This document shows, in pieces, positions 9,890-18,424 of a stretch of 64,000 nucleotides of DNA (position 1 is the first letter of the stretch; each line of letters begins with the position of its first letter). The stretch is from Candidatus Latescibacterota bacterium. GTDB taxonomy: Bacteria > Krumholzibacteriota > Krumholzibacteriia > WVZY01 > JAKEHA01. The position numbers were made by a program, and so were the translations under genes. A model generated the notes under the pieces. The model did not search any database. It was not told where the DNA came from and saw nothing but the letters and a program-made list of their open reading frames with translations. The stretch covers positions 928,001 through 992,000 of the forward strand of contig OY970173.1 of the NCBI GenBank assembly GCA_963707635.1. The letters are read 5' to 3'.

Positions 9890-10676
9890 GGCTGACCTCC
9901 TGCGGGGAAACGGGTGTGGGGGCGGCGAGACGCTCGGCGGCCTCCGCCTCTGCAACGTCCTGCCGGCGCTTCGTGATCCACCAGATGCCGAGCAGCAGTG
10001 CGCCGCCGATCGAGACCACGTCCGGCACGTGACTCAGCGCCGCCCAGGTTCGCGTCGGCAGCGGTTCGAGCGGCAACGAGTGCTTGAAGCCGAGCTGCTC
10101 GAAGGACACCGGGGAGAGAAAGAGCATCGACGTCCCGCCGACTTCGTGCTCGCCGTAGATGTGCGGGTAGTACGCATCCGGTTTGGCCTCGATGCGTCGG
10201 TGCGCTTCCGCGAGCAGCTCGTCGCGCGTGCCGTACACGGTGGCGGCCTCCGGGCAGGCTTCGGCGCAGGCCGGGATCTCCCCGTGCTTCCACCGTTCCG
10301 CGCAGAAGTCGCACTTGGCGACGCTCGGCACCGCCTTGTCCCATTCGTAGCGCGGCACGTTGAAGGGACACGCCTGCATGCAGTAACGGCAGCCGAGGCA
10401 CCGCGCCGCCTCGTAGACGACGGGGCCGTCGTCCAGTTTATGCAGGGCGCCCACCGGGCAGACGCTGACGCAGCTCGGGTGCAGGCAGTGCATGCACATC
10501 CTGCGCACGTACAGATCGTCGCGTTCCATGAGGATGGTCAGCGCCGTGGGCGAAAGGTCCTTGACCTCGTCGATGTTGCCGGCATGACCGTGCGCCTGCA
10601 TGCAGGCTTCCATGCAGGCGCCACAGCCGATGCAGCGCGTGATGTCAATCAACATCGATCTGGGTGATGGCTTCAT
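9867..10676 (-). CDS. HybA/NrfC-like 4x[4Fe-4S] protein with C-terminal TM anchor
   Basis: CIGCGACMEAC, CMHCLHPSCVSVCP, CLGCRYCMQACP, KCDFC..PACAEACP, IYGEHEVGGT. Confidence 0.92.
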   Translation of the reverse strand: MKPSPRSMLIDITRCIGCGACMEACMQAHGHAGNIDEVKDLSPTALTILMERDDLYVRRMCMHCLHPSCVSVCPVGALHKLDDGPVVYEAARCLGCRYCMQACPFNVPRYEWDKAVPSVAKCDFCAERWKHGEIPACAEACPEAATVYGTRDELLAEAHRRIEAKPDAYYPHIYGEHEVGGTSMLFLSPVSFEQLGFKHSLPLEPLPTRTWAALSHVPDVVSIGGALLLGIWWITKRRQDVAEAEAAERLAAPTPVSPQEVSHDTRKTT

Positions 10677-10690
10677 AATATTTCTCCTAC

Positions 10691-11368
10691 TCAATTCAGC
10701 AGAAACTCATGGACCAACCGCTGCCAGTCATCCGTGGGCAGATGGCGGGCGAAGTCGGCGACCGGTTCTCCGCCGTCCTGCAGGACGGACCCCGACAGGG
10801 CCACCAGGTTCAGGTCGAGCCGCTCACGCGCGTCTTCGGTCCAGCGCCGCGCGAGTGAGCCACCGAGCAGGTTGCGCAGACCGCTCGCGAGATCGCGCGA
10901 GCGAATCTTGGCCAGCCAGCCGCGCCCGTACGGCTCGTCCGTTGCAAGCGCGGGTTGCGCCCCGAGGCGCGGATTCACTTCGAGTACTTCTCCGGTCAGC
11001 GGGGTGACCAGGTTGGCGCTGCCGCTATCGGAGACAACCCGGAATGCCGGCTGTCCGGCGGCGAATCTGGACCCCACGGTCGGCAGCACCATGTTCTTGG
11101 CGGAGCCGACCAGGCGGCGGGCGAAATCGTCCATGCCGACCGCGGCGGTGTCGGCGCTCAGCGGCCGCACCCACATGTGGCCGAGGTGATAGAGGCGGTC
11201 TTCAGGAAGTTGATATCCGCCGACCCACACCGGCTCGAACGAGAGCGGCATCGGCACTGGATCGGGGGCCGCGCGAGCGGCTGCGCCCAGCGGAACATTC
11301 CGGCGGCCAAAGATGTAATCGCAGGTCATGAACACTGAGACCATTAGCAGAACGATGAGGACAGTCAT
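10691..11368 (-). CDS. Membrane-anchored glycine cleavage H-like protein lacking the lipoyl Lys
   Basis: YHLGHMWV, VGMDDFA, TPLTGEVLEVN, DEPYGRGWL; N-terminal hydrophobic helix; AGGAGG RBS. Confidence 0.85.
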   Translation of the reverse strand: MTVLIVLLMVSVFMTCDYIFGRRNVPLGAAARAAPDPVPMPLSFEPVWVGGYQLPEDRLYHLGHMWVRPLSADTAAVGMDDFARRLVGSAKNMVLPTVGSRFAAGQPAFRVVSDSGSANLVTPLTGEVLEVNPRLGAQPALATDEPYGRGWLAKIRSRDLASGLRNLLGGSLARRWTEDARERLDLNLVALSGSVLQDGGEPVADFARHLPTDDWQRLVHEFLLN

Positions 11369-11406
11369 GGCGAGCCTCCTTGATAGTTGTTTCGACACTT
11401 CAGCTA

Positions 11407-11423
11407 TTACAAGGGGGATGCCA
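11407..11423 (-). promoter_or_regulatory. Putative sigma54 -24/-12 promoter
   Basis: Minus strand TGGCATCCCCCTTGTAA (GG-N10-GT), about 40 nt upstream of the first gene of an operon that encodes a bEBP. Confidence 0.65.
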
Positions 11424-11523
11424 TGTCCGCCGCCGTGCGCGGCGCGCGTTGCAACTGTGGGAACCAGCAGGAGGTTGGCGCGATGGACCGCGTTGAATCC
11501 AAAAACAGGAGCGGAGAGCGCGG

Positions 11524-11641
11524 TGTGGGGCTTCTCGACAACTTCAGCGAGCACGCGCCGCGTCGTCGCGTCTAAGGGCTTGCTTCTTTGGGAATTCGTT
11601 CGCTGTGGGACCATTCCACACCACCGTGGCGGGTTTCCACA
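11524..11641. promoter_or_regulatory. Putative enhancer (UAS) sites TGTGG-N7-CCACA
   Basis: TGTGGGACCATTCCACA (11604-11620), CGTGGCGGGTTTCCACA (11625-11641), TGTGGGGCTTCTCGACA (11524-11540). Confidence 0.6.
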
Positions 11642-11978
11642 GCTCCGATCGCGGTTACCCGCCTGAAGGGGATTCGGGATCGGTGAATGGCTCCCTGCGG
11701 CCGGGAGGCCGCCGATATCGAGAATCCGTTCACAAACAGTGTGGGCTCGTGTGTGGCAATAGTCAACAGCCATCGGACTTAATAGTCCGTATTATAGTTA
11801 TCTGATTGTATCTAAATTAGATATATCAATAGCCTGGCTGGCGTCCCGCAGTAGAAAACAGGATCTTGAGTCGAAGACGGAAGGGACCTCGGCCGAACTC
11901 GCGCAACCCGGGCAGCCGACGAGCCGGATGAAGTGCGCGAATCGCGGAAGGACTACGCGGGTCGCGTCCTCACGACGG

Positions 11979-13937
11979 TTAGCGTCGCCCGCCTGCGATC
12001 GTCCCCGCCTTCGCCCGCTCCGCGGTGCGGTTCGACGCGCCGACGCCCAGTTGCCGCACCGCTTCCGATACCTTCGCCAGCCACGGCGCCCGCCTGGCCG
12101 GGACCGGCCAGACGACCTTCGCCGACGAACGCAACGAAGTCGCCGGATCCTGCATCGTGATCACGACATCGAGCAAGTCGCTCCCGTTGGCGATCGTGAC
12201 AGCCGTCGGCGTCAGCAGCCCGCCGTAGAGCCCGGCGGGCTCGGTGGCCGGGTCGTAGTCGCCGTTGCCGTTGAGGTCGAGGAACGCCCCGAGATAGTAG
12301 CTTCCATCCGCGAGCCCGTCGTCGAGGGTGTTGAAGCGCCACTCGGGGAAGTCCGGCCAGGATGCAAACGTCCCATACAAGGGCGTTGCCGTCGGGTCAA
12401 AGCCGTCGGTGTCGAACACGCCGATGCCCATCTGGTAGCTGCCGCCACTGTGGCCCCCGCTATAGGCCACGGTGCCCGTGATCGCGCTGGGGTCGAACAG
12501 CGGGAAGTTGATGTTGGTCAGGTGAGCGCCGCCCGCGATGGTCACGCTGTCGGGCTCGAAGTCACCGGTGCCGGGGTTGGCCCCGAACGCGCCGATCGCG
12601 TCTCCGTTGGATGGGTCGATGTCGTTATCGCCATTCGTGTTCATGACGGCGATCGGGTAGTACACGTCGTCCGGAAGATGTCCGATGCTGTAGGTGTTGT
12701 TGCCCGCGACGATGCCGGTGCCGAGAATGAGGAAGTCGTCGTTCCCCGCGAACGGGAACTGGTTCGGTGCTACCACCAGCGCGCCGGTCGGATCGCTCGC
12801 GTAGTTGGACCCGGGGTCGCCGGCGAGGGTGCCCGCGAAACTCCCGGTCTCGAGCGCGTTTCCGGTGGTGAAAACGATGGTCACCGGGAGAACGATCCCG
12901 TTGCCCGCCAGGTCCATCACGCCGCCCGGGAGGATGCTCAGGGTGTACTGCTGGTCGTCCAGCAACGCCAAATCCGGATCGAACGTCAGCGTCTTGCCGT
13001 TGTTCGACCAGGTCACGGTTCCGTGGCCCGGATCGGGGATGAGTTGAATCAGGATTTCCATCTGATTGATGGCTTCCGAAAACGTGAGCGAGAGGTTGGT
13101 GTTCACGTTCACGCCGTAGGCAAGGTTGGCCGGCACCGACGAGACCAGCGTCGGCGGCGTGGCGTCGACGACGTTCGTCGTCCGGTATGACCACGTCGTC
13201 AGTGGCATCGCGTTGCCGGCGATATCCTCTACGGCGGTCAATGTCACAATGTAGAGAGTGTTGTACTCGAGCGGTTCCATCGGCGAGACCATGAAACTCA
13301 CCGCGTCCTCGGTCGTGACCTGGTACGGCACCGCCTGACTCGCATCTGATTCCCACACCAGGGTGTTGACGAACGAGCTGTAATTCACCGGCTCCGAGAA
13401 CTGGACGACCACCGGCTGGCCGATGCCCGCGCCGGTGGCATTCGGCGCCGGCGAGCGGTACACGATCTCGGGGGCGGTGACGTCCGGATTGACCGTGCCC
13501 GTGAACGACGTGGCCGTCGTGCTGGTGACGGCGTTGCCGCTCGCGTCGGCGACGCCCACGACGCTCATGTCGTAGGGAACCGTCCCCATCCCCTGCGTCG
13601 TCAGCGAGACGGTCCGTTGATCGGAGTTCAGCGATGCGGCCAGCACCTGCAACGTATCGCCGGGCGTTTCGGACCAGTCCTGCGGGCGGGGGGTCAGCAC
13701 GATCGTCTGCTCGATGATGACGTAGTTGTCTTCGTCTTCCGCCGATGCGCGTCCGAGATTCTCGTTGAACGCCACGTCGATGTGAGATTGATCGACCGGC
13801 GTCACGCTGGTTACCGCGGGAGGCGTCGTGTCCGGGTTGCCTCCGGACGGGCTGCCATCGTCGTTGCTGCAAGCGACGAGCGCGAGCATGATCACCAAAG
13901 CCGAAGCGGGAAGAGTGGTTCTGGAGAACGAAGCCAT
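11979..13937 (-). CDS. Lipoprotein with bacterial Ig-like (Big_5/SbsA-type) domains
   Basis: Lipobox LVAC; repeated DTTPP/DVTAP/DATPP...FSE...V.D.AGN modules; acidic DxNGxGDxD loops. Confidence 0.8.
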   Translation of the reverse strand: MASFSRTTLPASALVIMLALVACSNDDGSPSGGNPDTTPPAVTSVTPVDQSHIDVAFNENLGRASAEDEDNYVIIEQTIVLTPRPQDWSETPGDTLQVLAASLNSDQRTVSLTTQGMGTVPYDMSVVGVADASGNAVTSTTATSFTGTVNPDVTAPEIVYRSPAPNATGAGIGQPVVVQFSEPVNYSSFVNTLVWESDASQAVPYQVTTEDAVSFMVSPMEPLEYNTLYIVTLTAVEDIAGNAMPLTTWSYRTTNVVDATPPTLVSSVPANLAYGVNVNTNLSLTFSEAINQMEILIQLIPDPGHGTVTWSNNGKTLTFDPDLALLDDQQYTLSILPGGVMDLAGNGIVLPVTIVFTTGNALETGSFAGTLAGDPGSNYASDPTGALVVAPNQFPFAGNDDFLILGTGIVAGNNTYSIGHLPDDVYYPIAVMNTNGDNDIDPSNGDAIGAFGANPGTGDFEPDSVTIAGGAHLTNINFPLFDPSAITGTVAYSGGHSGGSYQMGIGVFDTDGFDPTATPLYGTFASWPDFPEWRFNTLDDGLADGSYYLGAFLDLNGNGDYDPATEPAGLYGGLLTPTAVTIANGSDLLDVVITMQDPATSLRSSAKVVWPVPARRAPWLAKVSEAVRQLGVGASNRTAERAKAGTIAGGRR

Positions 13938-14048
13938 GCGGACACCTCCGTGCGGCGGGTAGACGCGAATGCTCAATTTAGTAGCGCGAACCGCCGTGGT
14001 TGTAAACATGATTCTCGCCCTCTGCGGCGCAGAGAAGAGTCCCGCGGG

Positions 14049-14939
14049 CTAGAGCGGAAACGCCATCCCCTCGCGCGCCACGTCCTTGCCGTCCACGATT
14101 GCCGGGTTCGAGTGGTTGAGGTGGATGAACCGGAGCTCCGCGCGGGTGCGTTCGAGCAGGGCGCGCGTTTCCGACATGAGCGGGTGCGGCACCTCCGACA
14201 TCTCGCGTCCCGGCAACTCGTTCATCGAGGCGAAGGTCCCATCGACCAGCACGACGTCGACGCGTTCCGCCAGCTCGCGGAGACTTCGATCCCATTTCTC
14301 CCACTTGTCGATGTCCGGGATGAACAGCGCCTTCGCGCGCGGCCCCTCGATCAGGAATCCGACTGTGTCGGTGAACTCATCGCGGTGCGGGACGAGCATC
14401 GGGGTGATTCGCAGGCCGTCCGGCAGCTCCACCGGCCGATCCGGCGTCAGCACCCGCAAATCGACGCGGCCGTCCTCGACCAGCAGGTTCCACGGCCCGT
14501 TGCCCTTCAAGAAAGCGACCATCCGCTGCGTCCCGTAGACGGGAACGCCGCTGGCAGCCATCGCCTCCTTGCCGAGGTACATGAGGCCGGTGTAGTGGCC
14601 GATGTGGGCGTGGGTGAGGAAGACTCCATCCGGCGGCTTACCGCCGGTCAATGCGTGGAGCTGGGCTGGGAAGTCGGGAGTGGCGTCGAGCATGTACGCC
14701 GTGCCCGTATTCCGATTGATCAACCCCAGGCAGCTGACCTTCTCGGCGCGACGACTACCCGCGCGGACGTCGGCGCAGGGCGGTTTCGCGCACCCGGGGT
14801 GGGGCATGCCGCCGTCCTGCGCGATACCGAGCACAACCAGCACCCAGCCGCTGGTATCCACCGGCGGCGCGTGCGCCGGCGCAGCGATCCCGAGCGCGAC
14901 CACCAGGAGCGCGGCGCAGCGCGTGAGCGAGGCGGTCAT
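14049..14939 (-). CDS. PqqB-like MBL-fold metallohydrolase with signal peptide
   Basis: LGIAQDGGMPH, LTHAHIGHYTGL, VPHRDE, PDIDKW, HLNHSNP. Confidence 0.85.
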   Translation of the reverse strand: MTASLTRCAALLVVALGIAAPAHAPPVDTSGWVLVVLGIAQDGGMPHPGCAKPPCADVRAGSRRAEKVSCLGLINRNTGTAYMLDATPDFPAQLHALTGGKPPDGVFLTHAHIGHYTGLMYLGKEAMAASGVPVYGTQRMVAFLKGNGPWNLLVEDGRVDLRVLTPDRPVELPDGLRITPMLVPHRDEFTDTVGFLIEGPRAKALFIPDIDKWEKWDRSLRELAERVDVVLVDGTFASMNELPGREMSEVPHPLMSETRALLERTRAELRFIHLNHSNPAIVDGKDVAREGMAFPL

Positions 14940-14960
14940 CGTCGGCGAACGCCCGGGCGC

Positions 14961-15449
14961 CTAGAACGACCAGTTCACGATCGGGAACACGGGCAGGAAG
15001 CCATCCTGCGAAATGATGTTGATGACCCCGATCTGGAGCCCGTGAATCTTCTTGGCGTAGTTGACGAACCCAAACTGGAGTCCGTCGCCGTTCATGGTGT
15101 GATTCACGACGCCCCACTGCACACCCTCGAAGCTGCCCGCGTTGTAGTTGACCGTCGCGAGCTGGAGGCCTTTGAAGTCCCCCTCGGCGATATTGACCGC
15201 GCCCCATTGGAGACCCTTCGATAGGCCGGACGTGGTGTGGTTGACAAGCCCCAGATCGAACACCTGGACGGACGTGTTCTTGCCGTAGAGCAGGTTGAAG
15301 CGAAACGCCGTCACCGAGTCGGTCTCCTTCGCGATCGAGATCGGTGTGAACAGCGAAAGATTGACCGCCTTCTCCGCCGCGTGGCTCGGGATGACCGACG
15401 TCGTCGAGATAGCAACCGCGGATAGCAACGCAAGCTTTAGTATGTTCAT
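14961..15449 (-). CDS. Exported short-repeat protein (GLQ.G.VN repeats, LA_2272-like)
   Basis: Signal peptide; tandem GLQWGAVN/GVQWGVVN/GLQFGFVN repeats; terminal VNWSF. Confidence 0.75.
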   Translation of the reverse strand: MNILKLALLSAVAISTTSVIPSHAAEKAVNLSLFTPISIAKETDSVTAFRFNLLYGKNTSVQVFDLGLVNHTTSGLSKGLQWGAVNIAEGDFKGLQLATVNYNAGSFEGVQWGVVNHTMNGDGLQFGFVNYAKKIHGLQIGVINIISQDGFLPVFPIVNWSF

Positions 15450-15546
15450 GAAGACACTCCTGGTTTGGACAGAACTCCCAGCGTCGTACGGAACGACAGC
15501 CGAACACAGAGTAGCACAATCGCAGTGGTCGTGTTAGGTTACCGCC

Positions 15547-18282
15547 ATGAGCACCCCACCTCGAGCCCTCCGTCCCAGACCGCGGCGTCCGCGTCGAACG
15601 GGCCTGATCGTCGCCTTCCTCGCCCTGGTCATCGTACTGCCCGTGCTGTTCCGGTTCGCCGCCGAATGGCTCTGGTTTCAGGCTCTCGGCTACGAGCGCG
15701 TATTTGCGACGCAACTGGTGGCGCGCACGCTGCTCGGCCTGGGCGTGGGTGCGGTCGCGTTCGCGTTTCTCTACGCAAACATCCGGATTGCGCTGCGCGG
15801 CGCCTTCCTGAATCCACGACTGGCCCAGATCACACCGGCCGGCCCCGTCGACCTGATGCGGCTCGTGCAGCGCGTGGCTTTGCCGGCGGCGCTCGGCGTG
15901 GCCGTGTTGATGGGTCTGGGAGCGGCCAGTGCGTGGCTCGACGTGCTCCGCTTCGCCCATCGGACCCCGTTCGGCGCGATCGATCCGGTGTTCGGACGCG
16001 ACGCGGCCTACTATGTGTTCAGCGTGCCGGTCATCGCCGGTGCGCTCCGTCTGCTCACCATCCTGACTGTCGTGACGCTGGCCGCGACCATTCTTCTGTA
16101 CGTCCTGCGGCGTGTCATTACCGCCTTCGGGCGACAGGTCACCATCGAGCTACAGGCCCGCTTGCACGTTGCGATACTCGTTGCCACGCTGTTCTTGCTG
16201 ACGGCGTTGCGAGTGCAGTTCGTGCGGCTGCCGGGGCTGCTCCACTCCACCACCGGCCCGCTGGTCGGAGCGAGCTACGCCGACTTGCACGGCACCCTCA
16301 TCGGGCTCCGGCTCGTCGCGTTCGCCGCGCTGATCGGGGCGGGGGTCGTGTTGTGGGGCGCGCGCGGTGCGCGCCTCGCCCGCGCCACGCTGCTCGCGGT
16401 CGGGCTGTACTTGGGCGTGTCCCTGCTCGGCGTCTCCATTTATCCGACCATCATCAACCGCCTCGTCGTGGCACCGAACGAACTGGTGAAGGAGACTCCG
16501 CAACTCGCCCGCCACATCGCCGCCACGCGCCGGGCGTGGGGACTGGACAGCGTCGTCACGCGCGACCTCACCGGCGAGGCCCACCTCGCCGAGAAGGACA
16601 TTCGCGCCAACGCGGCGACCATCGACAACATCCGGCTGTGGGACCGCGATCCGCTGCTGCAGACCTTCGGGCAGCTGCAGGAGATCCGCACGTACTACGA
16701 CTTCCTTTCGGTGGACGACGACCGCTACCTTATCGACGGCCGCTACCGGCAGGTGCTCCTCTCGCCGCGCGAGCTGAACACCGCGTCGCTCCCCACGCGG
16801 ACGTTCATCAACGAGCGCCTCACCTTCACCCACGGCATGGGGCTGACCCTCGGGCCGGTGAACCAGATCACGTCGGAAGGCCTGCCGGTTCTCTTCATCA
16901 AGGACCTGCCGCCGGCATCCACCGTGTCGCTCAAGGTGACGCGTCCGCAGATCTACTTCGGCGAGACTGCCGATTCCTGGGTGTTCGCCAATACCGGACA
17001 GCGCGAGTTCGACTATCCGTCCGGCGATGACAACGTCTACACGGCATACGAAGGGACGGGAGGCGTGCGCGTCGGCTCGTTGCCCCGGCGGCTGTTGTTC
17101 GCGGCCTACTTCCGCTCGATGAAAGTGCTGCTGTCGAGCGACATCACCAACGACAGCCGCGCGATGTACTTTCGCAACATCCGCGTCCGCGCGCTCAAGG
17201 CGCTGCCGTTTCTGGCCTTCGACAGCGACCCGTACCTCGTGATCGACGACGAAGGCCGCCTGCGCTGGATCCTGGATGGCTACACGCGGACCAACCGCTA
17301 CCCGTATGCGCAACCGCTCACCAACGGCATCAATTACATGCGCAACAGTGCGAAGGTGATCATCGACGCCTACGACGGCACCGTCACGGCGTACCTCGCC
17401 GATCCGGCGGACCCGCTGGTGCAAACGCTCGCGAAGGTGTTCCCCGGCGTCTTTCACCCGCTCGACGAGATGCCCTCGGACCTGCGCGCCCACCTTCGCT
17501 ACCCCGAGGGTCTGTTTCGTGTTCAGAGCGACATGTACGCCACCTACCACATGGACGAGCCCGTGACGTTCTACCACCGCGAGGATCAGTGGCAGAAGCC
17601 GGTGTTGTCGGTGCCGGGGTCCACGCAGGATCCCTTCCTCCGTCACATCGTGATGCGGCTGCCCGGCGAGAAGGACGCGGAGTTCATCTTCATGGTGCCG
17701 TTCACACCCAAGGGCAAGGACAACCTGGCCTCGTGGATGGTGGCGCGCAACGACGGGGAACACTACGGCAAGCTGGTCGTGTACCGCCTGCCCAAGCAGA
17801 GCCTCGTGTACGGGCCGTCGCAGATCGTCAACCGTATCAACCAGGACACCGAGATCTCGCGGCAGATCTCGCTCTGGGACCAGCGCGGCTCGGAGGTGAT
17901 CCGCGGCCACCTGCTCGTGATCCCCATCGAAGAGTCGCTCATCTATGTGCAGCCGCTTTATCTGCGCGCCGAAGGGGGACGCATCCCGGAGCTCAAGCGC
18001 GTCGTCGTTGCGTACCAGAACCAGGTCGTGATGGAGGAGACGCTCGAGGCGGGACTGTCGCGGCTCTTCGGCGGAACTGTCCCGACCACAACCGCTGCGG
18101 TTGTGCCGCCGCCACCCGCAGGAGATGGCGGGATCGCGGACCTCTCGCGCCGCGCGACTGAAATCTACGAGCGCGCTATCGCGGCGCAGCGTTCGGGCGA
18201 CTGGGCCCGCTACGGCGAAGAGCTAAAGCGGCTGGGCGAGCTGCTGAAGCAGATGGAAGCCGAGGCAGGTCGGGAGCGGTAG
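15547..18282 (+). CDS. UPF0182 family membrane protein
   Basis: WLWFQALGY, DPVFGRD, NIRLWD, QLQEIRTYYDF, NYMRNSAK.IDAYDG, HLRYPE, QPLYLRA. Confidence 0.95.
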   Translation: MSTPPRALRPRPRRPRRTGLIVAFLALVIVLPVLFRFAAEWLWFQALGYERVFATQLVARTLLGLGVGAVAFAFLYANIRIALRGAFLNPRLAQITPAGPVDLMRLVQRVALPAALGVAVLMGLGAASAWLDVLRFAHRTPFGAIDPVFGRDAAYYVFSVPVIAGALRLLTILTVVTLAATILLYVLRRVITAFGRQVTIELQARLHVAILVATLFLLTALRVQFVRLPGLLHSTTGPLVGASYADLHGTLIGLRLVAFAALIGAGVVLWGARGARLARATLLAVGLYLGVSLLGVSIYPTIINRLVVAPNELVKETPQLARHIAATRRAWGLDSVVTRDLTGEAHLAEKDIRANAATIDNIRLWDRDPLLQTFGQLQEIRTYYDFLSVDDDRYLIDGRYRQVLLSPRELNTASLPTRTFINERLTFTHGMGLTLGPVNQITSEGLPVLFIKDLPPASTVSLKVTRPQIYFGETADSWVFANTGQREFDYPSGDDNVYTAYEGTGGVRVGSLPRRLLFAAYFRSMKVLLSSDITNDSRAMYFRNIRVRALKALPFLAFDSDPYLVIDDEGRLRWILDGYTRTNRYPYAQPLTNGINYMRNSAKVIIDAYDGTVTAYLADPADPLVQTLAKVFPGVFHPLDEMPSDLRAHLRYPEGLFRVQSDMYATYHMDEPVTFYHREDQWQKPVLSVPGSTQDPFLRHIVMRLPGEKDAEFIFMVPFTPKGKDNLASWMVARNDGEHYGKLVVYRLPKQSLVYGPSQIVNRINQDTEISRQISLWDQRGSEVIRGHLLVIPIEESLIYVQPLYLRAEGGRIPELKRVVVAYQNQVVMEETLEAGLSRLFGGTVPTTTAAVVPPPPAGDGGIADLSRRATEIYERAIAAQRSGDWARYGEELKRLGELLKQMEAEAGRER

Positions 18283-18424
18283 CCCCTTGCCCGGATAGTG
18301 TATAATAACCGACAAAGACAGCGCGTGCGCTTCGCGCATCCCACTGCCAGCCGTCGCATTGCCACCGCGGTGTCGCTCTCTCCCGCCGGGAAAGAGTTCC
18401 GCCGGTCAACGTGGAGGCCCCCTC

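Noticed and set aside
10674..10694. Tat-like SRRNIMK if the HybA-like gene starts at TTG 10694
   Set aside because: No hydrophobic h-region follows, and the RR codons coincide with the AGGAG RBS of the ATG at 10676.
11772..11803. Possible dif/Xer site
   Set aside because: Arm spacing is not the 11-6-11 pattern and the XerD arm match is poor.
14049..14939. PQQ biosynthesis locus
   Set aside because: Only a stand-alone, signal-peptide-bearing PqqB-like hydrolase; no pqqA/C/D/E nearby.
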